This document shows positions 17,605-28,053 of a stretch of DNA of 40,211 nucleotides, piece after piece (position 1 is the first letter of the stretch; every line of letters starts with the position of its first letter). The stretch is from NCBI GenBank assembly GCA_001275005.1, contig JWZX01003268.1:1-40211 (forward strand). Reading direction: 5' to 3'. The translations under genes were made by a program, and so were the position numbers. The DNA is from Chrysochromulina tobinii (Eukaryota). Below the pieces are notes generated by a model. The model did not search any database. It was not told the origin of the DNA and saw only the letters and a program-made list of their open reading frames with translations.

Positions 17605-18606
17605 GCAAAGGCGCGCCTGCGGGGTCAGGGCGGTCCGGCCACTTGTGTGCCTCCTGGACCTTCCTGGCTGCCGCCGGTGGTGAGTCATGAAGACCACTCC
17701 GTGACCGCTCTTTCGGCCCTCGGTCTCGATGAAGGCACTCGATGAAGGACCTCCAGCTATATGCTGTCCCCAAATCCTTGGAGAGGTGCATCAAAATCTG
17801 GCTTTAGCTCGAATTATCGACCCGGGAACCGTTTGGCCACACTGCTCCACAATTCGAGCTCCAAAACACATTCTCTCGCCTGCTCTCGGTAGTTTGTGTC
17901 TTATGGAGTGGTGTGCGACCCTAAGTTGAAGAGTGGTCGCGTGAGGCCTGCCAGGCCACACCCCTGGTCCCGGCGGCATGCAGTAGCATGCAATCCCTAA
18001 CCGCCAACTGTGTTTACCAAATTAGTGTGTAACAGGCTGGGCGCGAGCCCTCCAGTTTGTTGTGCAGTGAGATTCCTGGGCTGCGTTCGCGCCCAGTTTT
18101 CATGACTAGCCCGTGGAAATACTCGGGCCAGTCGGTGCCTCAGGGCAAGCCGCCCGGTGGGACGGCCAGCACTGAGCACCCCGCACGCACGCTCCATCGC
18201 CGCCTGCAGGCAAGTCAAGGCAACTGGCAAGTCTCCCAGTTCGGGGCAAGTCAAGATATCACACCGTCTGCCGACCACGCCTAAAATAAAGCCACAGGAA
18301 GTAACCCCGGACCGGACCGGGGAGATCCCCGCGTCGTCCGTCGACACCCTCGCCCGCGCCGCCCCTTGTGGCCCCCTTCAGTCCGCTTGCGGTGTACAAG
18401 ATCTCGCACCTGAGACCTGTCTCTCGCACCGCACGCAACATGCTGCACATGCGTAACTCCGGTGCTTCCTCTGACCCATACTTGCGAGCACGACTGAAGC
18501 ACGACTTGGGCGGTAAGGTTGCCCCAGTCCGGTCGCTAATATCCCCGTGATTCCTCGTGCCCCTGCCTCTGCACTTGCATGTGCATGTGCAGCTTCATTT
18601 TCATCC

Positions 18607-20028
18607 TCACGAGCGGTAATCGGCGTTGATGCTGACATACTCCTGCGTGAGGTCGGAGCCGTGAACGGTGCATGCGGCCTTGCCGGCGGCCAGGTCGATT
18701 TCGATCTCGACGCACCTCTCGTGCGGCGGGTAGGGCAGCGAGGGCGGCTCACCGGCCACGGGGTTGACCAAGCTCGCTCCCTTCATATGCTCGTAAAGCT
18801 CGTCCTCTGTAGCTGCGTCGAGGGAGAAGGCGCCCTTCGCGAAGATGGTGCGCCCGCCCATGCGCATCGTGCACGCGCTCAAGTCGAGCTCGGGCGCGAC
18901 CTTGCCCAAATAGCTACCCACGGCCGCAACAAGCCGACCCACGTTCGGGTCGTTGCCCGCGACAGCGGACTTGAAGAGGGGAGAGTTCACCACGGCCTTG
19001 CCGGCGCCACGCGCGACGGCCTCGGTGGGCGCACCGCGCACCGCGACGCGGATCACGTGCGTGGTGCCCTCGCCGTTCCGCACGACGTCCTCGGCCAGCC
19101 GCGCGCATAGCTCTGTGAGTGCCGCCTCGAACTCCGCGCACCCTTTTGCGTCGAGCGGAGGCTTACCTAGCGAAGCGCCCGACGAGAGACACACGAGGGA
19201 GTCGGAGGTGGACTGATCGGCGTCGACGCTCGCGCAGTTGAACGACGCGTCCGCCGCGCGCCCTAGCATGGTGCGCAGCTCGGCGCGCGGCACGGCCACA
19301 TCAGTGAGCACAAAGGCGAGCATCGTTGCCATATTAGGTTCGATCATGCCCGCGCCCTTGGCGAAGCCCGTGATTGTGCCACCGCACGCGCGCACGCTGC
19401 GCAACTTCGGGAATCGGTCGGTCGTGCAGATCGATTTGGCCGCGGGCAGCGCCGAACCGCGCTTGAGCGTGCGCGCCGCCGCGGGCAGCTCCTCGAGCAT
19501 CCGCTCAACTGGCAGCTGCCAGCCGATGACGCCCGTGGACAGTGGCAAGACGGCTTCGGCACCACCGCTGAGCTTGAGCGCGTCGGCGACACCGTTGCAT
19601 ACGGCCTCGCTCGCCATCACGCCATCTCCCGCGGAGCACACGTTCGAGATCTTGTTGTTGATGACCACCGCCTGCAGCGCACCACCACCCGCCAGCCTCG
19701 CACGGCCCACCTTGACAGGTGCGCCAGGAAATTTGTTGCGCGTGAAAACGGCGGCCCAATCATCCGTGGGCGCGTCGAGCGCGAGCACCGTCAGGTTCAT
19801 CACGGCCGTTTTGCGGCCGCCGAGCTCCGCGGGCTCGAAGCGGAAGCCATGCACTCCGCATTGGAAGCCGGCGGGCAGCTCGTGCACCTCGAGGGAGTCG
19901 AGGTATGAAGAGAGGCTGCTGTGCGAGACGCTCATGCGTGGCGTGGGGCCCATCCTTCCTAGCGGGGGCATGAGCCCTTTGAAGGCCATCAGCGAGAGTG
20001 TGGCAACCGTGCCGACGAACATTACCAT
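18607..20028 (-). CDS. argJ: Ornithine acetyltransferase / N-acetylglutamate synthase ArgJ with bipartite plastid-type leader
   Basis: 'AAVFTRN', 'STGVIG', 'ICTTD', 'AKGAGMIEPNMATML' (autocleavage Thr), 'DADQSTSD', 'VRNGEG', 'SPLFKSA..G.DPNVGR', 'DLTQEYVSINADYRS'. Leader MVMFVGTVATLSLMA-F. Confidence 0.95.
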   Translation of the reverse strand: MVMFVGTVATLSLMAFKGLMPPLGRMGPTPRMSVSHSSLSSYLDSLEVHELPAGFQCGVHGFRFEPAELGGRKTAVMNLTVLALDAPTDDWAAVFTRNKFPGAPVKVGRARLAGGGALQAVVINNKISNVCSAGDGVMASEAVCNGVADALKLSGGAEAVLPLSTGVIGWQLPVERMLEELPAAARTLKRGSALPAAKSICTTDRFPKLRSVRACGGTITGFAKGAGMIEPNMATMLAFVLTDVAVPRAELRTMLGRAADASFNCASVDADQSTSDSLVCLSSGASLGKPPLDAKGCAEFEAALTELCARLAEDVVRNGEGTTHVIRVAVRGAPTEAVARGAGKAVVNSPLFKSAVAGNDPNVGRLVAAVGSYLGKVAPELDLSACTMRMGGRTIFAKGAFSLDAATEDELYEHMKGASLVNPVAGEPPSLPYPPHERCVEIEIDLAAGKAACTVHGSDLTQEYVSINADYRS

Positions 20029-20469
20029 TTTGTGGAAAAAGATGGTGATTTGATGAGATCAGAAACGAGATCGGAAACGGTCTTGTAGCAAAGCAAGCAC
20101 TATTCTGCTGCCTCTTGGGGTATTCGGATGCGCTCGTTCAGGTACTTGTGTTGTTTCGACTAATTAGCTTGCTTGGTGCTGGAGTGGGCGCCTTCTCACA
20201 TCAGGTTTTTCGACACCCAACTTGCACCCAACAGTGTGTGAGCTGTGAGGAGAGAAAACGACGCGACACGAGTCAAGCAGTCAGTCAGGCAGCCATGTCC
20301 CCAAAACGCAAAAGGACCGGCCGGCCGTGCCGGCGGGGGCGACCGCGGGCGTATACACATCTTCGCGCACACAAAACCGTGCGTCGCTCTCGACGTCTCG
20401 ACTAGTATGTACTCACTCTCAAGTTCTACACGTACGTCTAATGTGCATGCTGGATGTTGTCGGGCTCAC

Positions 20470-21153
20470 CTACACCCAATCCTTCGGAGTGCGGTTGTCC
20501 CGGCAGGTCTGATCGTCCCACGAGTCCGCCACGTCCTGCTGCTCCATCTCCGCGAGGCGCGCCTTCATCTTCTGCGCAATCTTCTCCCGGATCTTATCGA
20601 GCTCAGACATCTCCTCCTGCTTGGGCGGCGGCGGCCGCGGCTTGCGTAGGTTGGCTCGAAAATTGAGGTCCTGTTGTGCAGGGTCAGCGTGGCCACCGAC
20701 GGTCTGGTATTCTGAGTCGGGCTCTGATCGCCACTCTTTGAGTTGACTGGAGTTGGGTACGAACCGGCCGCTCTGCGATCGAAGGCCCGTCGGCTTCAGA
20801 CCGAAGCGCCCGTTGCCCGGCCCCTTGGCCTGCTTGGCGTTCAGCTCCGTGATGAGGTCCTCTGCGAGGCTCACGGAGCGTACGGGTAGCGGTGCAGCGA
20901 GCCTCGGGCTACGCGCCGAGCTGCTCTTGGCAGCCGCCGCGGCGGGCGTGTGCGTTTGCGGCGCGCTGCGTAGTTTGAAAGCCCCCGCCTTGATTTGGTC
21001 GAGGGAAGCAGCCAGCGGGGCTGCGGCCACGGGCGGCGGTGAGATCGGTGTGCGCGCCCCTACCGCCTTCAGACCCAAACGCCCTCCTTCGAGCGCCGCG
21101 GCGAAGCCGGCCATGGTCTTGCCGACAGGAAGGACGCTGTTGTCAGGCGGCGG

Positions 21154-21185
<32 letters not shown>

Positions 21186-22305
21186 GAGGAGCTGCGACCG
21201 TACTGAGAGCCGCCTGCCCTCCTTCGAGGGCTGTCGCGATACCTGCCAGGGGGCGCGGCGGCAGTGGCGGCGGTGGCGGCGGCGGGGTTGTCGGCGGTGT
21301 TGGTGTTGGTATGTAAGGGGACTTCCATTCCAACACCGCCGCCACCCCCGCCACCGCCCTCGCCGCAATGGAAGGGGACTGTGAAGGGGACTGTGAAGGG
21401 GAGTGCAGCGGTGTAAAGTTGCTTGTGGTCTCTCTCCATGAGAGGAGGGGCTCCTCCTCCTCCTCCTCCAGTGGTGGCAGAGACGTGTGCTCAGCCCGCC
21501 ACTTGGCATCGTCGGGCGAGGACAAGGCGGCTGGGGCGTGAGGCCCGTGCACCGCCAAGAGCGCGAGCGGACCCAGCTTGTCCGTGAACCCCTGCAGCTC
21601 GGGCAGCGCAGCGGCGGCGTCCCAGCTCAGAGCTAGGGCGAGTTGGATCCGAGCCGCCTTGACGGGATCGCTCAGGTCCTCCTTGCGAATGCCCGCCGCC
21701 TTGAACACCTCCTTCCATTCGGTGGAGAACTTCACCGGAGTCGTCTGAGCGACGCCGACGATTGGAAAATTCCCGTCCGCCCAGTTGGCGCGCAGTGGTC
21801 GCTCCTTGACGTTGGCCGACGGCGGCGGAAGCCGTGGCGCCACCGGCGTGCGGTGCAACCGCACGAGCACCGGACCGCTCGCCCAGTCGGGCGGAACCGT
21901 CACGTTGGTCGCGTTGATCCCCTTATCGCTCCACTGGAAGGTCTCGCCAGGCTTGGAGCCGCTCGGCGGCGTCACACACGTCGACCATTTTCCATCACCG
22001 AGCGTTGCGTCGAGTGCACGCAGTGCCAGCTCCGCCGTCGCCTTCATCAGGTCGGCGTATTGAGTCTCCGCCTCCAGAGCGTCGAGCGCATCCTTGAGCT
22101 CTTCCTGAAGCTCCCGAAGGCTCTGGATGGTTTCCGTTGGGACTCCTGCGCTATCCCCGGACTCCCCGGTCTCATTTATTGCACCACCGCTGCATGTCTC
22201 GCGGGGAGTTGGATCGGCTGAGGCATCAGTCTTCTTTTTCTTCTTCTTCTTCTTGAGGCGATCTCGCGGGCGCGTTGCGAAGTGCCTCTGCGAGACGAAG
22301 TCCAT
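20470..22305 (-). CDS. WASP-like actin nucleation-promoting factor (basic tract, GBD C-terminal helices, polyproline, several WH2-like motifs, acidic Trp tail)
   Basis: 'EWKEVFKAAGIRKEDLSDPVKAARI' resembles the WASP GBD helices; PPPPP tracts; WH2 'LDQIKAGAFKLRSA'; C-terminal 'EQQDVADSWDD'. First in-frame ATG is at 22305. Confidence 0.75.
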
Positions 22306-22599
22306 GAAAAATAAGGTTTCGCGTCGTATCGTGCATCTATCACTAATACATGTATCCCGCAAACCAACCCCAAAGAAGTCGGTATTATAGTCGGTAGAGG
22401 TAGACCCATTAGTTGGCGAAGGCCGAACTCCTTGGAAGAGACCTATGTCACCTTTGGCACCTTCGCGAGCTGAGCTGCCGCGTGGCCGGGCGTGCTTCAG
22501 GAGCGACGCGCTTGCCTCAAACCTGGCCCTAGCCCACTGCGATGGTCCAACGCACGGCTTGCTCGCTTTGCCCGAACGTCTCCGAGCATTTGAGCACCC

Positions 22600-24950
22600 T
22601 ACGCCGTGCAACCGCATGGCTTGATCTTTGCGTGGAATCGTAACTTGGAGAGATGGGTCGCCGTGCGCGTGCGCATGAGTGCGTCACAGATCCTGAATCT
22701 ATCTAGTCCCCAACTGATGGCCGCTTCCAAAAATCGAATCGATGCCGACATGTCTGCGTCATGTATTTGCAGGTCCGCCGATGACGCCTGCGACGACGCG
22801 GGGCTTGTCAAGCTGGCCAAGATCTCAATGAACGACGCCGGGCGACTCGTTTTGCAGCCATAAAACCGCACGCGGCTTGCCCGCTTCTCAACGAGCCGAC
22901 GAGCTGCCCGCGGCATCCTCGACCCGCGCACTCTCACCAAACCAGCACGTTGTCATTGCGCGTGAGTGCCAGCTCAAGCGAACCATCGGCCTGCCGTGCT
23001 CGCTCGTCGTGCGCAATTCACCCATCTCTAACGCAGCGTGCTTCCTGAACCCGTGCGCAGGCTTGGTGCAACAACAGCGCCCCGGCGGCGGTCGTTGGGA
23101 TAGGCAGGGCGGCGGTCAAGCGTGCCCGGATGGCCGCGATGCCCGGATGGCCGCGACGACGAGCGCCTAGGCGCCGCCGTGGCGGCTGTCAGGTGGCTCG
23201 GCAGGCGGCGCCGACGGATACCCTGCCCGGGGAGATCGTTCGGCGTCTGCGGCCGTGCTCGGCGGCTGGTCAGCTGGCCGTGAGAAAGGCCGGTGTGAGC
23301 AGCAGCTGCGTCAGCCGCGGCGCAAGTGGCGCGAGTGCCACGAGCATCGGACGTACCGCCTCTCGGAAGAGGAGGGAGAGCAGCGACGGAGGCACTTTTG
23401 GCAACACAATCCCATCGCGCGAAGTCGCAGATTGCCGCGGGCGCGCCACTCGAGCAGGCCGCGTTCAGCCCGCGCACGCCCAGCGCGAGCAGCAGCCTCA
23501 CGAGTGGCGAAACTGGCGCACCACCCGCCTCAGCGGACGCCGACAGCAGCAAACGACGAAGCGCGATACGCACGCGTGTCGTTTTGAGCGCATCGCAGCG
23601 AATTTCGCATAGCGAAGACCTTGTGCGTGCATGCAGGCGCTTTCGCTCAGGATTTCGACGCTCAGGCAGCGCCCACCCACCCATGCACGGGGCCGCCGCC
23701 TTCTGACGTGCCTCAAGTACCTCAGCGAGCCGACTTGGGGGAAAGGGAGAACTTCTGGTCAACCTAAAACCGCAAAGTACTACGGCGAGGGGTGCGTCGA
23801 CCGTGCGCTGTGTCTTGGATGTCACTTCAATCTTCGTCGGATCGTACAGAATCCGATCTGTGTGTCGACAGTCGTGTCGTCTTGTGTCATCGTCTGCGGT
23901 CCGCTGGGATCGCGGTTCTCGCGCCCGTACCGGGGAAAACGCGGGTGACGGCATGTGATTTTCTGTAATATGTATTATGTACACTACACTGATACGTAAC
24001 CATAAATCTCGGAGCGCGCAAAGTGGCCGTCGTCCACCCGCATGGCCAGTGCTGACCATTTTGCATTTACTGTGATCACACTTCACACACATCACCACAT
24101 TTAGATCGAGGAAGAACAGGCCTATCCTGTCAGTCCTCGCCGCAGCGCTGGCAGCTCGCCGTCGCTGTCCTGACCTAATCCTGACCACCTCAGCCCGGCC
24201 ACGGCTGGGCTGGTAAGCAGGACGAGGAAAGCCGGGAGAGGGGTACAAGATCTTGGACCGAAATCGGTCGCGAAGGATAGAAACCTGTCGGGCGCGCGAG
24301 GTGCAGAAAGCTGCGGCTAAAGGGAATGGCGAGGCCAAGGAGGTGGATTAGCCGGTACGTGTGAGCACGACGGACGACGCGCTCGGATCGCAGGCCGTAA
24401 GCCAAACCGCTTTCGCCGCCTCGAGTATTCCTTGATCGCCAGTTATGCGCTGAAGGTGCGACGCATCAATCGCGGGTGCGTCGGAGATGACGAGGACGTC
24501 GAGAGAGTGGCGCAGCGCGTCGAGTCGTCCACTGGGCCACGCGGAAGCGCTCGTACTCGTAAGTGTAGCCAAGATGTAGCTCTGATGAGGAATGAGCTGC
24601 CGAGTGGCTGCCGTAGAGGTCATGCGTGGCTGCAAAGGCGATCGCAAGCAACGTGCTCGCCGACATGAAGTTGAGGCCACGGTGCTTGTACTCTGCTTCC
24701 TTCGACGTCGCCTCCGCGGTCATGAACGTGAGGAGGAGTGCCGAGCGAGGCGCAAGAGCTTCGACATGTAATGGAAGTGCTGTGCTCGTTCCGGCACCGG
24801 CCGCGGCTTAAATTTTCATAGTCGCACCCGGTGGCACGTCGATGGAGACTATGGCTGCGAGTTCGGCCTCAAAGTCGCAGCCGCAAACGCCGTTCCATGC
24901 GCGTGCATCGCGCGCGAGAGGGCGTCGGAGCACGAAGGTGAAAGGTGCCA
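22600..24950 (-). pseudogene. Probable decayed or unresolved gene(s); protein-like segments scattered over several minus-strand frames
   Basis: Segments such as 'RIALRRLLLSASAEAGGAPVSPLVRLLLALGVRGL', 'EAVRPMLVALAPLAPRLTQLLL' and 'RLDALRHSLDVLVISDAPAIDA' are broken by stops and frameshifts, including a 17-nt tandem duplication at 23123-23156. No family recognised; boundaries approximate. Confidence 0.35.
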
Positions 24951-25002
24951 AAGGTGGAAAGGTCCCGAAGCTCCTCTCTTCTCAATCTCTCCAAGTTGGC
25001 GC

Positions 25003-26091
25003 ATGATGACAACCGTGCTCTATCTGTCCCAGTTCGTCTGCTGCTCGGCTCTCTTAATCCCACCCACGCTGCTGGCAGCGCCGGTGGCACGCGACGCGGA
25101 TGTCGCTTGCGTTCTCTCTCATGCGGAAATAAAGAGCCTTCAACCACTGCGCGTACACGAGGGCGCCGTTCCCGCCACCGCTTTGAAAGGTCTGACCATC
25201 GATTGCGGCCTGCACCAGCTCTGTGAGGCGTCGGTTGACGCGCTTGGAATCGAGCTGGTTACCGAACGCGGTGCTACGAAAATACGCTGGCCGTGGATCG
25301 CCAGGGTGGTGAAGAGGGGCCGTGCCGGCGCCTGGGAGTGTTGGATGAAGGACGAGGACGAGGACGAGGACGAGGAGGCACAGCCGAGCAAGGTTGAGGG
25401 CTTTAGCGAGCTCACACAGCGCCCCGCCTCGCTGCTGCCGCTCGACGACGAGGGGGGGCAACCGCCTACTACCGTGCTCGGCGGCTTCAACATGCACAGC
25501 TTCAAGGGTATGTCGTCCAAAGGGGACACGGAGCGAAAGCTAGGGGCGCTCGGCAGCCGGCTGCGCGGCACCGTGCTGGACGTGTGCACGGGGCTTGGAT
25601 ACACCGCGTGCGGCGCGGCGGCCGAGCCAGCGACCGAGCACGTTGTCACCATCGAGCTCGATCCGCTGATGATCGAGATGCAGCGTGCAAACCCCTGGTC
25701 AGCCGCCCTGTTTGCGGACTCTTCCGAGGCGCACTCAGCCAAGATCACGAGGCTGCTAGGCGACGCGACCGAGGTGCTGCCGGCGCTGCCTGCCGGCGCA
25801 TTCGATTGCTGCATCCACGACCCGCCCACCAACGCGATGAGCGGAGAGCTCTACTCTGAGGACTTTTACGCTCAGATCCGGCGCTGCCTACGCCCCAACG
25901 GCGCGCTCTTTCATTACGTGGGCGACCCGAGCTCAAAGGCGAGCGGCCGGCTCTTCAAGGGCATCACAGAGCGATTGCGGCGGGCGGGCTTTGAGTCCGT
26001 CAAGACGGTTCAGGAAGCATACGGCATCGTAGCGATCGCGAGTGGCAACGGGCGGCACTCTGCACTGACGTCTGATGACTCGCTTAGGTGA
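25003..26091 (+). CDS. SAM-dependent methyltransferase of the COG2521 ('predicted archaeal methyltransferase') type, with signal-peptide-like leader
   Basis: 'PTTVLGGFNMH', 'VLDVCTGLGYTA', 'TIELDP...NPWS', 'IHDPP...GELYSEDFY', 'LFHYVGDP', 'RLRRAGF'. Confidence 0.85.
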   Translation: MMTTVLYLSQFVCCSALLIPPTLLAAPVARDADVACVLSHAEIKSLQPLRVHEGAVPATALKGLTIDCGLHQLCEASVDALGIELVTERGATKIRWPWIARVVKRGRAGAWECWMKDEDEDEDEEAQPSKVEGFSELTQRPASLLPLDDEGGQPPTTVLGGFNMHSFKGMSSKGDTERKLGALGSRLRGTVLDVCTGLGYTACGAAAEPATEHVVTIELDPLMIEMQRANPWSAALFADSSEAHSAKITRLLGDATEVLPALPAGAFDCCIHDPPTNAMSGELYSEDFYAQIRRCLRPNGALFHYVGDPSSKASGRLFKGITERLRRAGFESVKTVQEAYGIVAIASGNGRHSALTSDDSLR

Positions 26092-26304
26092 GCTCCCATC
26101 GTCGAGGTACGATAAAATGCGTAGCAGTCTCAGAGCGGGGTTTCGTTCTATGACTCCAACATAACTGGCAGGGAGGATTCACATGATCAGCATATTCTCT
26201 CGCAGTCCCGCACTAAACGCAATCGGTGACACGTGCGATGATGATATTGTAATGCCTTTCCCAAGATCTCGAACGAAGCACGCGGCCTCTGCGCACCGGA
26301 AATA

Positions 26305-26709
26305 TCAGTCCATGGTCAGCATACGTTGCGATACGTCCAACACTTGCTGCAGGAGCAGTGCTGCTGCACATCCACACACAGGCGCCAAGTATTCGGGTGG
26401 CACGCCTTTGAGGCCAATACTGGCCGCGAAATCCATCTTGAACGCGAGCATCGTGACAATGGCCGCAGTCAAGCCTGTGAAGGCCGCCGCTAAGGGAGCG
26501 CCCCCAAGGGGAGTCTGAATCGCACTCACGTCGCTCTTTGCCGAAGGGGCTCCATTCGCTCCGGGTATCTCTTCAGACGACAGTCGTGGCTTCCGAAGCT
26601 TGCGCCCGCTTGCGTCATACACGAGTCCCTCGCCCGCCGACATGTCCTCCATCCTCTCTTTGGAGAGCCGTTGGTCGCGGGAAGCCCGCCCGGAGCCGTC
26701 GCCTGACAT
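26305..26709 (-). CDS. Small hypothetical membrane protein with two hydrophobic segments
   Basis: ATG-initiated 134-aa ORF with charged N-terminus and two TM-like stretches. The 3' end is uncertain. Confidence 0.5.
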   Translation of the reverse strand: MSGDGSGRASRDQRLSKERMEDMSAGEGLVYDASGRKLRKPRLSSEEIPGANGAPSAKSDVSAIQTPLGGAPLAAAFTGLTAAIVTMLAFKMDFAASIGLKGVPPEYLAPVCGCAAALLLQQVLDVSQRMLTMD

Positions 26710-26919
26710 GACTATTGCGCGTTTGCAGGGCCGTGCTCAGAGGAGCGGCGAGAGAGGGCGCGAGCTCTCCTCACACCCAGATTGCTTTTTCCTTTTTCTG
26801 ACGGAACTTGCGGCCCAAATGAATCCTCTGGTGAGCGGACCCACAACCGCGCGGCCAAACAAACAATATTTTACCTGCTAGCTGCGGGTGGGGGAACCAG
26901 CTGGAGATCTCACAGACTC

Positions 26920-27811
26920 TCAAAACTTGAGTGTCATCCGGGAGAGCTCGTACCGGGGAAAGTAAGAAGGTCTCTTGAAGCCCTGGCTACACCAAAATGC
27001 GCGGGCAGCGGGGACAGAATCGACTGAACACTCACGCTGACCAGCCGCTTTGGCTCTGGAGATCAAGTGCAGCGCGATTTCGCCGCCGATTCCTCGCCGC
27101 CTCCAGCCGTGGCGTGTACCCATCGCTTCAATCGAGAATCGTACAAGTTTCGCGGGATTGCTTAGTGACCGAGAAGGCGACCGGCGAGAAGCGCCCCGCA
27201 ACAAATGCGCCGAAGAGGGTGCAGGTGGCAGCAGCCGCACTGGACTGAAGTCTCGCGTCAGCGAGCAGCAGGGATTGCAACGCCCGCCCCGCCCCATGCC
27301 CAGCCATGGCGCAGACGTCAGCTACAGCGCAATCAGCATAAATTGGTGAGGCTGGTGTGTCCAGAGCAGGCGAATACGACTCGTGCTCGACGTCGACGAG
27401 GCCGCATGCTTCCTCCCACCGCGCCTGAAACGCCGCTAAACTTGCTGACCATTGTGGCTGTCCGTCGGACGCCTGCATGACACGCTCGTCATCGCGGCGG
27501 ATCCAATCAAACAAGAGGCCGAGCTCGATTGCCCTCAGAGGCCGAATGATCAGCGCCTCGCCGACGGGGCGTCCGAGCTCTGGCATTGAATCCTCAAATG
27601 ATTGCAACCCCGAGGAGTGCATGACGCTGCTTGCAGCCTTGCGCAGCATTTCTGAGCGCCCGAGCCTCCGCTGGTTGCTGCGTTCGTCGAGCACCGAGCG
27701 CACACAAGCGCGACGATCTGCGTTGAGAAACTCCCATGCCTTCAAAAAACGTGGAACGAGGGAAGCAACTACCTTGCGGAGACGAGAGTGCAGCTCGAAG
27801 CCGCGCAGCAT
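26920..27811 (-). pseudogene. GNAT-family acetyltransferase split by a frameshift at about 27130-27141
   Basis: Upstream frame ends ...VAFSVTKQSRETCTILD*; the overlapping frame continues IEAMGTRHGWRRRGIGGEI...VDSVPAARAFWCSQGF (GNAT motif A R-x-x-G-x-G and motif B). Confidence 0.7.
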
Positions 27812-28053
27812 TCTCTCTTGACTAAACTTCTTTTGCAAAGAACCCGACTTTTCGAGGAAGGCTGATTTCAAACACAAGAACTTGCTCACGCCGAAATGAA
27901 CACGTCAAAGGAATGCACTCATTTCTAGTCGCCGCACGTTGCCGTTAATAAATGTATGGCGAAACTTGAACTGCTGCGACGAGCGTTTTTGAATCGCGTT
28001 CGTTGTCTGCGTTGTCGACATCCTCGCCCGCCGACTCTTGACAGCCCGCCAAA

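Noticed and set aside
18294..18320. caggaagtaaccccggacc resembles RNase MRP CR-I (GAAAGUCCCCGG)
   Set aside because: Spacing differs and there is no matching downstream CR-V (GGGGCUNA) strand to form P4.
22306..22617. N-terminal extension of the 715-aa WASP-like ORF
   Set aside because: Begins at a non-ATG codon, is AT-richer and promoter-like; first ATG is 22305.
26180..26307. In-frame TGA at 26305-26307 followed by about 40 open codons, as possible selenocysteine read-through
   Set aside because: No redox motif or selenoprotein family similarity and no SECIS recognised; an ordinary stop or a short intron explains it equally well.
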